Below, piece after piece: positions 23,681-38,009 of a DNA stretch of 64,000 nucleotides. The notes below the pieces were generated by a model. The model had not been told where the DNA came from. It worked only from the letters and a program-made list of their open reading frames with translations, and did no database searches. The first letter of the stretch is position 1, and every line of letters starts with the position of its first letter. The DNA is from Octopus sinensis. Lineage: Eukaryota. The DNA lies in contig NC_042998.1 of assembly GCF_006345805.1 (NCBI RefSeq), positions 72,416,001 through 72,480,000 on the forward strand, given 5' to 3'. A program made the position numbers and the translations under genes.

Positions 23681-26600
23681 TACATTACAGAGAAGCATAT
23701 TTGTATATGTATATGCGTCTCTTTTGTGTGTGCCGATTCCTTTAACTCAGTTAAATAACGCTTAGACGTAGTCTTAATCGACCGATTAAAAGGATCATAT
23801 CATTGTTTATATGTATGTTCGAGATGTATGTATATATGAATGCATGTATGTATACATGTATGTCTATATATGTATTTGTATACACACATACCTTTACATA
23901 CGCACACGCACACACATGTATATGTGTGTTTGTGTTTGTCTGTTGTGTGTCTGTATATGTGTGTGTGTGTGTGTCTGTGTGTGTGTGTCTGTGTGTGTAC
24001 GTATACACTAATGATATTAAGATCACGCACATTCTTTCATCTCGGATTGGATTCTGGCTTGTGGTTTTTATCAGATGCAGTTTTCAAAAGAAAATCTTTT
24101 ATGTTTTTCTTGAGCTCAGCCAGGAAGTGATTTTATGTCCCCCTAATATCATGCAATGCCTCACTGTAGAAAATAAACGCAATTATTTCCAAAGGAAAAT
24201 GTCTGCTAAAACAAATAAAATGTCTCGATTCTTATACATTGTTCTTAGTAGGATATAATTCATAGAATCGTCTCTGAATATCGATTGAATTCCTGTAATT
24301 ATGAAAAAAAATTATAAAGGAAGACAATGTACAGCATGCAACGGAATAAAAGAGGCAAAACACTACGAACTATAGAATATAGAACGTACTATTGTTTATG
24401 AATAGCTGACTTGGAAGATAACGTAAGTACTGTCAATGTTACTGTATTGTGTAACTGTGTAGTTATTGGACTTGTATAATGGGGAAAAAATTATAATACT
24501 GAAATCCTAATGAGCTTATTTATATGTAAATGAAATTCAGAGATAAAGTATATTACTAATATTTGTTAATGAAAATACCTAAATGTTGCTGTATAGGAAA
24601 ACTATTATGAAAGGGTAAGTGGATAAACAGATTGTACATTAGGTCAATTCTTCCCCGTAAAAAAATTATTTCTATGCAAATGTGAGACTATGGTTGTGAA
24701 GAATGGAGATCATAGGTTATGCATACTAATCAATAATTGCTTACAGAAAGGCAAAAAGATAAAAAAAAATGTATTTCATTTTGTAATAAACAAAAGCTAA
24801 CAGCCATGAAAAAAAAAATATAATGTCTATGTAATGCTAGGTTCGTGATGGAAGAGATGGAAGTACAGATAATGGACTGTATTATCCTTATTTATTTTAC
24901 GGCAACCATCTTGATATCAATGAAATAAATTTCCACCTATGTAATTTTATCGGCTTCATTTATAGAGCATTAGACCTAAGATATAATATTATTATGCTGC
25001 GTAGATATGCATACTCTTCAGTATGTTGTTCAATTAACTAAGGAATATTAAATTCGTGTACAGGTAATATATTGTAATGAAAATTTCAACTTAGTTACCG
25101 CAACAATGCTGTAATACTAACATGAAAATAAACGTTAATATCCAAAGATGCATAAGCTATACCTATATTTGGTAAGTGCTTATTGATGAGTTTTGAAACA
25201 TATACGAAATTAGTTGGTTCAGGTCTCAGTTGAATTTCTGGAGAAACGTGTAGTTTGCCCACAGTTTACTATGAGGAACTATTTTAAACAAATGAATGTG
25301 TATATATTTGTTCATAACGATACTATCATTCTTAATGTAAACAGCAGGATAAGTTTATATCAAGTGTACAATACCATAACAAAGTAAATATTGCTGAACG
25401 ATGTTTAATTAAACAAAATAAAACAAAAATGAAGTAAATCTAAATGAGAGAGGTTGAAGTGTTGCAGGTGTATGGGCTGCAGACGATAATTTGTTATATA
25501 ACAAACATGGATGTTAACTAAGAATATGTTTCAGCCTTATTAGAACGTCTTAAGAAAAAACCAATACGGAACAGGACGAATATTCTTATCTTCCGCAATG
25601 CTGGTAATACAAGGCATCATTGGTATTCACCTTACGAATATCTGATTTTAAATATTTATAAATATATTCAGACATATTATATATGATTAAGCTTATTTAA
25701 AGTAGTTTAGTCTACATATTTCGAGATGTGGAGGGTGGATATTACAATGTTTCATGTGGATTCAAAAGGTAAAGAAGATCACTATTCTCTCCGTTCTGGA
25801 TATTAAACCATAGAGTGTTGTAATCAAAATAAAACTAAATATATGTTCGGAACCAACAAAGTGACTGCATTTCTCCACTCCTATACTACCAGCCAATAAT
25901 GCGACAACTAACTGTATCACTTCATTTTCACTTTCCATTCTACCTTTACTTTACCGTCTACTTAAATGTATCATCTGTGATTTCTACCCACCTTTCACTT
26001 ACGTGTTTACTTCTTGAGAGGGGACTACGTTCTATGCACCCCACTGGTGAGTAGTTTCTTCGACATTAATCACCTCTAAGCTGGCTCTCCTACCTATTCT
26101 CAGTCGTTTTACATCATATGTTATTTCATCTCATCACAAATTCACAATTAAATTCGTCTCCGATTCGAATTTCCGTCAACGCTGTCTACAGCACTAAATA
26201 TTTTATTTTATTATTCATTAACTTGCAATTAATTTATATAACTGAAACAGCCGGACACTTAACATGGTTACCATTGCAGTAAGTGATTTAAAAAAGAAAG
26301 AATTATTTTCAAACTGGACATATCCTTCGCCACCGTAGAAACATTTCTTTATATTTACTCTAATCAAAGCATTGTCATATATAGACGGACTCACACTACA
26401 CACTCCACACAATCACAAAATCATATATTCACACTTATATATAACCTCCCGCTCACTAATACTCACTTATCCACACTGTGAACACATTACGCTGATTTTA
26501 CGCATACTGACAGTCTCCGCTCTTCTCAGTTCAGAAATTTGACATCATTTTTACTACCTTCTCCATTACCCTTTCAAAACTAACACACGAAACAATCTCC

Positions 26601-26829
26601 ATTCTCGTTCTCGATATATGACGTAGAAGTTACATATAATTTAAGAACAAAGAAAATTCTTTATTGCTTCTTCTAACACAAACACACCATTGCTTACATT
26701 AATTATAGATCTGATCTAAAAATCTGCATAATTATTAAGTCTATATTTACGGTTCCATAAACTTGTTAATAGTACGCAAAATTATATGCCAATATCTATA
26801 TTTAGTAAGTCTTGCCCATTATTATTATT

Positions 26830-27280
26830 GGATCTCTTCGGTTTGAACGGCAGTTTTTAACAATTTCTAGGTGACTAAAAAAATTTAAACTTCGTATACT
26901 GGTAGAATGTGTTTATAAAACATCTTTTTCTCTTGGCTTTATTGAGAAAATTCTATAGTTTGTAAGATATTTGCTGTTTTTTTTCCAATTTCTGCAATTT
27001 TAGCCAATCACTGACGTCTATTGAGGTAAAACACATTCTGTGCCGTATGAAAATGTCCCTCGTTTAAGAAACAGATTGGATTTATTTACATTTGTGAAGA
27101 AAAAAAAGATACACTTCCCCCCACCCCTAACCCTAATCCTAATTAACCCTACCTAACCATAACTAACCCTAACCCTAAAACAGATTGAAATGCAATAGAT
27201 CGATACTAGAGTCATAATTATGGGTGACAATATCATATGACACCGCTAGAAAAAAACTGCCGTTCACACAGAAAAGATTC
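26830..27280. mobile_element. MITE-like non-autonomous DNA element with ~29-bp TIRs and internal CCCTAA-like repeats
   Basis: GGATCTCTTCGGTTTGAACGGCAGTTTTT versus AAAAACTGCCGTTCACACAGAAAAGATTC. Degenerate (CCCTAA)n at ~27125-27178, TTATTATT on both flanks. Confidence 0.7.
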
Positions 27281-27334
27281 TTATTATTTGCTGAAACAAT
27301 CGCTTCTATTTCTATATAGAAGGCTTCTTATTTT

Positions 27335-27560
27335 TTATTGCCCACAAGGGGCTGAACATAGACGGGACAAACAAGGACAGACAAAGAGATTAAGACGATT
27401 ATATCGCCCCCAGTGCGTAACTGGTACTTAATTTATCGTTCCCGAACGGATGAGAGGCAAAGTCGACCTCGGCAGAATTTGAACACAGAACGTAACGGCA
27501 GACGAAATACAGCTAAGCATTTCGCCCCGCATGCTAACGTTTCTGCCAGCTCGCCGCCTT
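27335..27560 (-). mobile_element. tRNA-derived SINE
   Basis: Minus-strand A-box-like TGGCAGAAACGTTAG and B-box-like GTTCAAATTC, then a central domain ending in GATAAATTAAGTACCAG. Related fragments occur elsewhere in the window. Confidence 0.75.
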
Positions 27561-27664
27561 TCTATATTGAAGGCTTCTGACAGAAGTTAACCTACGCTAC
27601 TAATTGAATCAATCATGGTTTCGTTAAATTAAATTTTCTTTCCTATATTCTATAAGTTTTTGAT

Positions 27665-28030
27665 ATGAGTGACTGTGTGGTATAAAGGTTGCTTCCCAAC
27701 CACGTATTTCCGGGTTCAATCGCACTACGAGGTGCCTTGAGCCTGTGACGCCTACTATAACCTCGGGCCGACCAAAGCCTTGTGAGTGGATTTGATAGAC
27801 GGATACTGAAAGAAGTCCTTCGTATATATTCCGTGTGTATGTATATGAATGTCTTTAGGTCTGTGTTTGTCCGGGCATCATTGCTTGACAACCGATGTTG
27901 GTGTGTTTACGTCCCCATAGACGGATAGAATAGGTCCCAGGTTCACAAAGAATAAGTCCAGGGGTAATTTCTCCGATTAAAAGGCGGTGCTCCATCATGG
28001 CCGCAGTCCAATGACTGAAACAAGTAAACG
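27665..28030 (+). mobile_element. tRNA-derived SINE (second family)
   Basis: B-box-like GGGTTCAATCG and a body shared with 52415-52580, 1-50 and fragments inside the 7008-10747 arms. Confidence 0.75.
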
Positions 28031-29761
28031 AATAATATATATATATATTCTTTCCTATATTCTATAAATTTTTTATATCAGTGGTTGTGTGGTATACATA
28101 TACAGAGAGATGTGAGGAAGAGAGAAATGGAGCTAGCGATCAATATTATCGAATGTAAACGCCATTGCACAAATGATTTTATTATAATAATCAATTACAT
28201 GTGTTGTCCCTTACATCACACTCACCATGAAATCGAAATTACCTGTACGGGTACACAAGTGTGTCACAAGTATGATGTCAAAATGAAAGTAGAGCAACAT
28301 GAAATGATGTTTTTATTCGAGAAACCAGGAGGCCACGCGGGCTGAGGATTGGACCCCCAAACTAGCGATCGTGAGAGCAATACGCTTCTTTACACCTGAT
28401 CTCACGCACACATATATACACACGTTCACACACGCAGCACAAACACGTACACACACACACATGCATGATAAATATGCATTAAATTAAAATAATTTGTTAG
28501 ACGTGCGTGTATATCACTCAATATGGCTTATCGGGTAAATCAGTAACTTTACAAATATATTGGAAGGAGCCTTCAAAATTATATGAATTAAAAATCTGCT
28601 CTAAAGCTAATTTGCAGGGAAATTTACAATAAATTAAAAAGAGAAATATTTATCATGTATCTAGATCTATAGAAAAATGTATATGAATTATGTTGGGTGA
28701 ACGAGCTTTTATTATTGGTAGAATGTACAATGACTGGGAAATAAATTTTACTTGCAAGGGAGACTGAAGAAAATGTAAAAATATTTCGCAAAATTGTTAA
28801 AAGTTATTTGTAAGAAATTCCTTCCTGAGAAGTGTGAAAGAAAGTTCATATCTGATTCCATGAAAAAGGGACAAAGACGAAATGAAGAGAATATGCGTAA
28901 ATATTTTGTGGGAAGGAGACATAAAATCATTATGAAATGGTTAAGTAGAACATAGGGCGACAGGAAAACCATGAAAATGTGTATGGTCAACACGACTAAG
29001 ACAAGAAACAAAAAGTAAGAAAACTATTTACATATATATATAAGTATTTTACACCTAGAATAAGAAATAAGCCAAAAGCAAAGACTAACTTCAGTGCGTT
29101 TGGCGCGGGAAAATGAAAATGTTAGAATGAGGGCATTTGTGTTGAGAGGAAACAGAAGTGTACAGCGATGAGGGTGGTTAAACATGACAGTAGATTTCAG
29201 TTAGCAAGTAACAGAGGAGAGGAAAGGATAAGAGAATGGAGGTAATGATAAGGGGGCATGGAAAGGAAGCAAGAAAAAACGAGATTGAAACGAAATTTAT
29301 ATTTGTTTAAATGAAATATCAACACACGCACACACAAACACGCACACACAGACCACTCACACGCACATACAAACACATACATACTCAGCATAAAAATACT
29401 TATATAATAGTGTATACTTGTAAGAAAAGGAGCATTGCAGCATTTCAACGGAGTTTGTTATAATAAATATAGGCAAAACAAGGAAAGAAAAGACAAAATA
29501 TATAAATACTAAGATGAAGACGAGTTGTAATAGCAATGGAAGGTAAAAACTAGGTTGCATCTTCTTATTTTGCAATGTTTCTCCTTATCAGTAATGCTGA
29601 CGTTGTTTCAATAACGAGGTAAAATGGGTAGTGGTGGAAAAGAAATCGATAATAAAATATATTTGTAGTTGTATTTAAGCGTGTTATACACATAAACACA
29701 CCTACACATATATAACCATAAATACATGCATATACACACACATGCATGTGTCTATAGTCCC

Positions 29762-29995
29762 TTTTATTCTTTTCTTTTCATTCATTTGTTTGTTTCAGAC
29801 ACTTGACTGCGGACATGCAGGCCCACCGACTTTGCTCGAACAAATCAACCCCGTGACTTATTCGTTGTAAGCCTAGTACTTATTCTATCGGTCTCTTGCC
29901 GAACCGCTTACTTACGGGAACGTAAACACACCAACACCGGTTATCAAGCGATGGTGGTGGGACAAATACAGACACACAAACATATACATACATAT
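29762..29995 (-). mobile_element. SINE 3' fragment
   Basis: Reverse-complement similarity to the 3' half of 27665-28030. Confidence 0.65.
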
Positions 29996-30129
29996 ATATC
30001 TTTTATTGTTTATCTTTCACTGGTTTCAGCCCATGGCTGACGTCATGCTCGTGCACTACCTGTAGTTACTCGGTGCTTTTTCAGGTATTGTTTTTGGTGA
30101 CGTAACAATCCTTTGCGTCTCCTGAAATG

Positions 30130-30515
30130 ATATGGGTTCACCTGGTATCTCAGATAGAAACCTCTCTAGACGTTCCTTCAAAACGTCCACATCAACCTCA
30201 TGTAGATCTCTAAAGTTGCCTATTGCAGTAGTGTCCTTATTTCAGATAGACAAGACGAAATCTTTGGTATATTGCAGTGTCGTCCAGTTCGGGGATTGGT
30301 ATAGCTGTCCATTCCAAAATTGGAAGCTAAACCCTCCAAGATCTTCCAAACATGTATCACCGCATACCTCTCTCGTCTTCTCAGCCCCTTTAGCCTCTCC
30401 CAGTAGCCCATCTTTTGCATTGAGTCCATCTTCTTTGTGTATTGGTCCTGGATAGCTTCGAATTGCACAGTTTGTTTCACACTCTCTGGGGACCATAGTT
30501 GGGAGCAGTATTCCA
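30130..30515 (-). pseudogene. CR1/L2-type LINE RT C-terminal fragment
   Basis: LEYCSQLWSP..EAIQ..TKKM..YWERLK..RRRERY..VWKILEG. Confidence 0.75.
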
Positions 30516-30703
30516 ACAACAACAATATCGAAAAATACCTTAAGAATGAGAACACAGGTTCGAAATTTCCTCCAAGACACCTGATGAAGCCTGGAGGGTA
30601 TATCAGACGAAAGGTTGAGTTAAAAAGAAACAAGATCAGGATAAATATCTGTTAAAAGTAAATAATGTAAATAATATACATAATTCCTCATCTCTTAAAT
30701 ATA
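30514..30703 (+). mobile_element. Hammerhead-bearing tail module (family E) without a tRNA head
   Basis: Homologous to 63515-63689. GACAC-CTGATGA(30581-30587)-A-GCCTG-loop-CAGAC-GAAA-GGT-TGAGTT. Confidence 0.7.
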
Positions 30704-32902
30704 TTGTAAATTTAATATCATTATAATGAGCATATAAGGACATAATATAGCATAGAATTTTGTCTTTTTAATGCTATTTAATGTATAGCAATTTAGATTT
30801 TAAGATTAGAAAACCTATGTTAATTTGGTGCGCAAAAATCTGTAGCCAGACAACTGTGCGAAGCCTGTGGGGGAATGCATACCTGGTGAATATAAAACTT
30901 TAATTCATTGCTCAACTTTATTTCATCTGTCTGTATTTTTGATATTTGTTTTTACCAGTGACTATTGTATTATAGCAATTACGCAGAAAACTCTATGACC
31001 TATGGTACATAGCATAGGACAACTATTTACTTCTATCATTTCACTCGCCAGTTTAGAAAACCTTGTGAAAAGTCACTATTGCTGCTATTCATTTTAGTCG
31101 CGTGAGAACGAAATGCAACTTTCTAACATTTCTACCAAATTAATATATACTAATATCCAGTAAAATCCGCATGCTACTAAATCATAATCACAGCACGATG
31201 GTCATTCATCGCGCTTAATACATCGCACATGAGTTATGTAGTTACGTTAATCATCTTTTAATAAGAAAAATGAGGTAATGTCTGACTTTTTACCAGATTT
31301 CTGAGACAGGGGAGGATGCAAGTTATCCTCAAACCGAAGAGTTAGCCTGTCTGTAAGTGAATGAGCTTTGCACAAGAACTTCCTACAGAAGTCAAACTTT
31401 GTTGATATAAAAGGCAATTAATTACTTTTCGACTACCTAATATGTCTTAGTGGCAATTGTAACTCAGAGCGTATTGTACAGAAATAAAGAAAGCAGTGCG
31501 TTTCATGTGGCGCTCTCACTATTGTGTTGCGTTGCCAATTAATTTTGAATCATGTTCATCTAATATTCTAGAGGCTTTCATATTCAATGAAATATATATA
31601 TATATATGCATTCTATACATCTATGCAGTAAATGTATTAAACATTCAGCTATACCTGCTGCGCAATTCCCATATTTATTCAACAAAATTATTATATGATT
31701 TTACAAATCAGGTTTATCTTATTCCTTCTCTTCTTTATAAAGCAATGCTTGGAACAGAAAACGAGGAACTTAAAATTCGGCATTTAAATATATTTTTAAA
31801 TATTGTCCAAATAAATGAATTTGAAAAGTAGTTATTCTTCAGCAAACTACAAAAAATCTCATTGAATATGCTTGTACATTGTAGCCGCTTTACAAAGAGA
31901 TGCCTATATACAACTAAACAATGCTAAAATATCGTGTAACATTAGCTACGTATAATAATGAATGTTTTCATTCTAAAGGCTCTCTTAGTGAAATCTATTG
32001 ATAAAAATAGACTATTTAAATAAAGTAATAAATCAGAACTTGAATCTCAGATATGAGAATAGCTCATCTTTACGTATAAACTGTACTGCTGTTTTGCGCA
32101 GTAAAATTTCGTATTTTTCTTAAGTCCTTGATAAATTTAATCTCAAAACGACGTAAATTGATTATAAGTACACCGTTTTTATAGATTATATTAAATATTT
32201 CAGTTATTACAGATTACCCATGTAATTCTGCAAACTAGTAATAATATGATTGTCTTTTATATTGTTTTGCAACATAAGTTTTACCATATAAGCTTAAAAA
32301 CAAGAGCATTGAAAATGCTGTAGCAGATTGTATCACAATATTGAAATTGTCGTTCTGAAGTATGTTTTCGAAATATAAATTCAATTCGCTTCCTAAAATG
32401 TATGACCACAGTAGAAATATTGAGAAAACCGCTATTTGTACTTCCAAATATAACAGGAAATTAGAATACTTGATACGTTATTTCAGTAAATATTAATTTT
32501 AAATATAAATATAATTACATATGTTATTTTATTTACAAACATAACATGCGATTCACAGTGAAATTAGTTTCCCTATTACCAGCTAAACTGAAAACGTAAA
32601 CATCTACTATATATGGTCAGTAATAGTTAATTAATACATAACCAGTAGTTAATTAATTCAGATCCAATATTTTAAGCACGAAAATCAGAAAGGGTAATGC
32701 ACTTATCAAAATATGTTTGCAGGTACGGTTTGACAGGGGCGAAAGTACAACATTAATTATTCAAAAACAAACTCAGTAGTCTAAGTAAGCTTTGCCTTCA
32801 AATATATATAAGAAAGATAATCTTGCATTTGTATCAGCAGTCCTATCCATACACGGTTATGTACCGGCAAATAAACATGTTCAGATACACACACACACAC
32901 AA

Positions 32903-32936
<34 letters not shown>

Positions 32937-34319
32937 ACATACACACACACACTCTCACACACAAGCACACACACACCACACGCACACACACACACACAAC
33001 ACACACACACACACAAGCACACACACACACTCACACACACATACACGCACACCTTCTCTCACATTCACTTCTAAAAAGACGCGCGCAGACAATCTCATGA
33101 TTCTAGTACTACACAAGCTTATTCAAAACGTAGCGATATATCTACAGCGTTATATTGCAAACTATATTCAAAGCAATTACAATTATTAGAAATTGATCGT
33201 TAGATGTTATATATTTACGCTCAGCTTATACAGATTAACCTCTATTACTAATGGTGAATACATTATAGAAACTTTAAAATTTAGAAATAACCATTTCTTC
33301 TTTTAATTGTTCTAAATTATTTATCATACAGATTATTAAAGAGAAATTACCAAAACGATCAGGAGAGATATGAGAACAAGCAAGTAATACGTCGAATATT
33401 AAAGCAACTCAAACAAATTGCTTGTGCAAGTAAACAACGCTAAATCAATGTTGTTATATACCCTGATGTCTTTTATTTTAATAGCCAGATTATAACTTAA
33501 AACTCAATAAAAGTTCTCTGATAATTTTTATCAATCAATTAATCTACGTCATTAACGGATCATATTTAGAAAGAGAGGCGTCAAGTAATATACACTCTCT
33601 TATTAGCCATATTTCTATTAATATTCAATGTAGAATTGGACAAATATTTGAATCTTTATGAATAACAATCGGGACATCAAGTAGAATATCATCAAAAAGT
33701 GGATCAATCGTGTGTGAATATGCATATATGCTATATGTATGTGTAGCTTATGTTTATGTGCAAGCACACATAGAGACATATATAATATTTAGATATTAAT
33801 TAATGTTTATCTTTATACCGTTATATATAAAACTAATTTAACATTAAACTGAATGGTTAGTTAATAGTTTTTAGTGAAATACCAATAAAAGTAATGTTAC
33901 AAGAGAACGACTTCAAATGTTCACATTGCTCGTTTCAATCACACACATTTATGCACCCATATTGTCAACCATGTATGCGAATGTGTGTGTGTGAGGGAGA
34001 GAGTGTGTATGTGAGTGTGTGTGTGTTATGCACGTATGAATTCACGCATGTGTATATGTATGCATGTATATATGTATGCATGTATGTAGCTATGTAGGTA
34101 GGTAGGTAGGTAGGTAGGTATAGGTCAAAACCATAAAATGCCAATCAAATAACTAGGCGGCACGCAAATCTAAAGGATTCAAATATTTTTTAAAGTATAT
34201 GTTTGATAAAAAAATTGAAATAAAACTTAACTAGTAAGGAAAAGAAAACTATGTCTTAACGCATAGAAGTTAATAACAGTGTTATGAAGAAGACGAAGTG
34301 GAAGAGTAACAACAATAAC

Positions 34320-34490
34320 AATTATTTCTTCTACCGGAGGCACAAGGCCTAGAATTTGAAGGAAGAGTGTATTCGAATACAACGATCCAAGTACTTGAGT
34401 TGTACTTATTTTATCGATCGCAAGAACTCGAGCGGTAAAGCCAACCTCAGTGGAAATTTAACTCGGAACTTAAAATCGGAACATATACTG
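34320..34490 (-). mobile_element. Degenerate SINE fragment
   Basis: Similar to 27335-27560 and 47470-47640 (GTACTTATTTTATCGA.. core). Confidence 0.5.
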
Positions 34491-34689
34491 AAGATTCTGC
34501 AGTTTGAGGCATTAATAACATCAACAGAATTATAACAAAAACAACAGCAATAACAATAATAATTATTTCTACTTAAATTACAAGGCCTGATATTTTGGGG
34601 GCCAATTTTGGAGATGCCCTGAAGACGTATGTGGAAAAAATCCTGGCTTGCTTAAAATATAATAGGTCAATTAAAAAGAGAAACAGTTA

Positions 34690-36400
34690 ACCTAATTATA
34701 GCAGCCTATGATCAATCGTTAAAAACAAACAACTTGAGAAGAATTGTATATGAAGAGGGTATGTCAGAAAAATGTTAGCCTGGGGAATTTGGAACGAGAC
34801 AGTGGTGAATGTTGTAACAGAATACCGCAAGTTTGTACAGGAAGAATATAGGAAATGGAGGCACGACCAATTTGTTAATGATTTAGACTGGAATGTACCA
34901 GAAATGGGTATTGAAGATGGAAACACAGAGTAAAATCATCGAGTAGAAAGAGTATTGCTGTCGGAGAAATGTAAGATTTTGTGGGACTTTCCTATTCAAA
35001 CTGACAAGAAATTAAAAATAAGTATTAGATCAAATAAAAAGAGTATAGATAAGGAAAAGCGAGTTTCATTACTATTCGATACATGATGTCCGTTTTATTC
35101 CAGCATTGTAAAGAAAGAAGACACAAAAATGCAATCCTTTAAAATTTGAAATAGGTAGAATTTGGAGCATGCGAACAGGAAAGGTCGTACTAGAACGTAA
35201 CGACGGACGAAATATCGCTAAGCAGTTTGCCGGCGTGTTCCGAATTCAGCCAGCTCAACGCCGTTCGCAAAAGACAGTGTCTGAGAGCGTGAGTGCACTG
35301 ATTAAGAACAGCATACCTAGTTTTTTTCTGTAACAACCAGTAATTTGCCAAGGTAACAATCAAAAGAGGTATCTTTCAGGGAGACTTATTTCCTTTGTTA
35401 TTTGTTATAACATCCATCACACGGTGTGTAGTCATGCGCAAAGTAAACGCACACTATGAGCTGATAAAGAACGGATCTCTTCTTAGCCACATTCTCTTTA
35501 TAAATGATTTAAAACTGCTCACAAAAACAAAGCATGAAATGGTGCGGCTGGTTGAGACTGTACAGATGTGCAGCAAGGATGTATGGACGTAATTCGATAT
35601 CTCGAAATGTGAGGTGCTTACTTTGAAACGGGGGAAAAGAGCAGAGTGTAAGGACGTAGAAATGCCATACGGAGAGAGGATAGAAGACTCGGATGATGAT
35701 GGCTTGCAAGTATCTTGGGAGGCTGGAGTTGGGCAAGGTCTTGCATAGAGAAACAAAGGAAAATATCACCACTGCATACTTGAAGCGCCTCAAACTTTAC
35801 CTGAAATCAAAACTCAACTCAAGGAACCTTTTGACTGTCATCAACATATGGGCTGTTGATGTAGTCCGCTCAAGTGCACCCATCCTGAAATGGACAAGAA
35901 CGGAGATTAACCAAGTGGAGATTCACGAAAGTGGATGACAATTCATGGTGCCCACAACAGTAAGGCTTGAAAGAGCTCATGAATTCCGATCAGAAATAAC
36001 CAAAGAGAAAGAAGAACCCCTACTCTGCATAGAATTACGTGACCAGCTCCAATGTGGCACTAGCACCTTAAAAGAGCAGGCAGCATCATGGAGAATGCTC
36101 ATCAAAGGTAAACGACAAAAGAATGCTGAAAGCCTAATAATCACTACCCAGCATCAGGCATTGAATACAAACTCAGTGAAAAGGGGAATATATAAAACAC
36201 AGTACAACGAGCCTCTCCAGAATGTGTTGTTAGAGAGTCGAAAGCATCACACACATTGTTAGTGATTGTGAAAATCTTGCACAGAAAGTGTACTAGGATA
36301 ACTTTCATGATATCATTAGGAGTAGAATCGCAAATATTGTAATATTTGGAACATGTTATTTGAAAGTGTAGATAAACCAAATATTAGATTCCGTTTGTCT
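34690..36400 (+). pseudogene. Decayed R4/Dong-type LINE fragments interrupted by a SINE head (~35180-35260)
   Basis: KILWDFPIQTDKK near 34975-35010, RGIFQGDL, HILFINDLKL, LKSKLNSRNL..INIWAV and LIITTQHQALNTNSVK. Confidence 0.7.
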
Positions 36401-37059
36401 ATTGTACTGTTACATATTTCACTTAGATATATGCTTTCCATAGACTTTAAATGACTTATTTTCTCTACTATTATCCCAAGTAAATACATAGTAAATGAGT
36501 TTGTGTCATTGTCATTATATCAGTTATGTTATATGTTTATGAATTATTCTATAATTGCGTTAACATTTTACAATAATTGTCAAATCTCAATTCTGAAATA
36601 TCATAGATACAGTGACATTCAAATAAAATCAAATTTTCATTGAGGCTAAATTACAATATTCTTAAATTACCTGTCATTGACGTTTAAATTAAATGAGTAC
36701 CATTGTTGAAATTCCACAATGAGTCTCTAATAAAACTGATTTGTTGTCACTATTTTAATTAGATTTACTTTCCCCAGCAGAAGCCATGAAAACTCCTTCT
36801 AACTTCGCATTCACATATCTATATGGTCACTCGATCATAACCTTCTCAAACGACACACTACTAATTTGATAGAAATTCATATTTCATAAATTCGTTCTGA
36901 ATTATATACACTAGATCTGAATAACAACAAGTACGTTTGTTGCTTGGTTGCCACTTTGAAGTTTTTCATCAAGTGTCTCATCAAGCCATGTCTCTTCAAC
37001 CCTGCTAAACAATAACAACAAAACCGAGAGCCTAATTAATAATGATGACATTAGTGGAA

Positions 37060-37221
37060 AAAGTACAATAAGAATAACAATAAGAACAAGAAGAAAAGGA
37101 AGAAGAAGAAGAAAAAGAAGATGAAGAAGAAGAAGAAGAAAAAAAAAAAGAAGAAGAAGAAGAAGAAGAAGAAGAAGAAGAAGAAGAAGAAGAAGAAGAA
37201 GAAGAAGAAGAAGAAGAAGAA
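37060..37221. repeat. (GAA)n microsatellite
   Basis: Direct inspection. Confidence 0.95.
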
Positions 37222-37749
37222 TAGCTCTGGGCTAAATAACAACATGGACGTGCACTAAGAAACTCTCTCCTCCAAACAAACTTAATCGAATAACATCGGT
37301 ATGCTGGAAGAAAAACTTCGCAATACAGCTATGGAGAAGTTAGTTAAAGCAGATGAACTAAAAAGCTGGAAAGAGTTTTGCCATATACAGTGTAGTTTCT
37401 TTCTTAAATGAACGATATCTCAATGCAACAACGCGAGAAGTCGAAACAACCATCAGGAAACTTGGAAAAACCCCACTTGCTCAGTAAGTACGTAATTTGA
37501 ATAATCACCTACACATGCAACTGTCCACGCATCCAGGTGCACATGTTAATATTTATCAGCAACAAAAAATTTTGCCTGCATGACACACACGTGCAGACAC
37601 GGAAAATAAAAGAAAAACACGGGTCAAGATCGACACCGTACCCCTCCTCCAAAAAATAAATAAATAAATAAAAAACGACTTCCCACAAACGAATATAAAA
37701 AAGGAGCAAATTAGTCACTAAGTTTAAAACGTAGCCAAACAATTATGCC

Positions 37750-37772
37750 GCAATAATAATATTATTATTATT

Positions 37773-37832
<60 letters not shown>

Positions 37833-37850
37833 TTTAATAATAATAATAAT

Positions 37851-37929
<79 letters not shown>

Positions 37930-37941
37930 ATAGTAGCAGTG

Positions 37942-38007
<66 letters not shown>
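37750..38007. repeat. Compound (TAA)n/(CAG)n/(TAG)n array, 5' flank of the Dong-like LINE
   Basis: Direct inspection. Confidence 0.95.
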
Positions 38008-38009
38008 TT

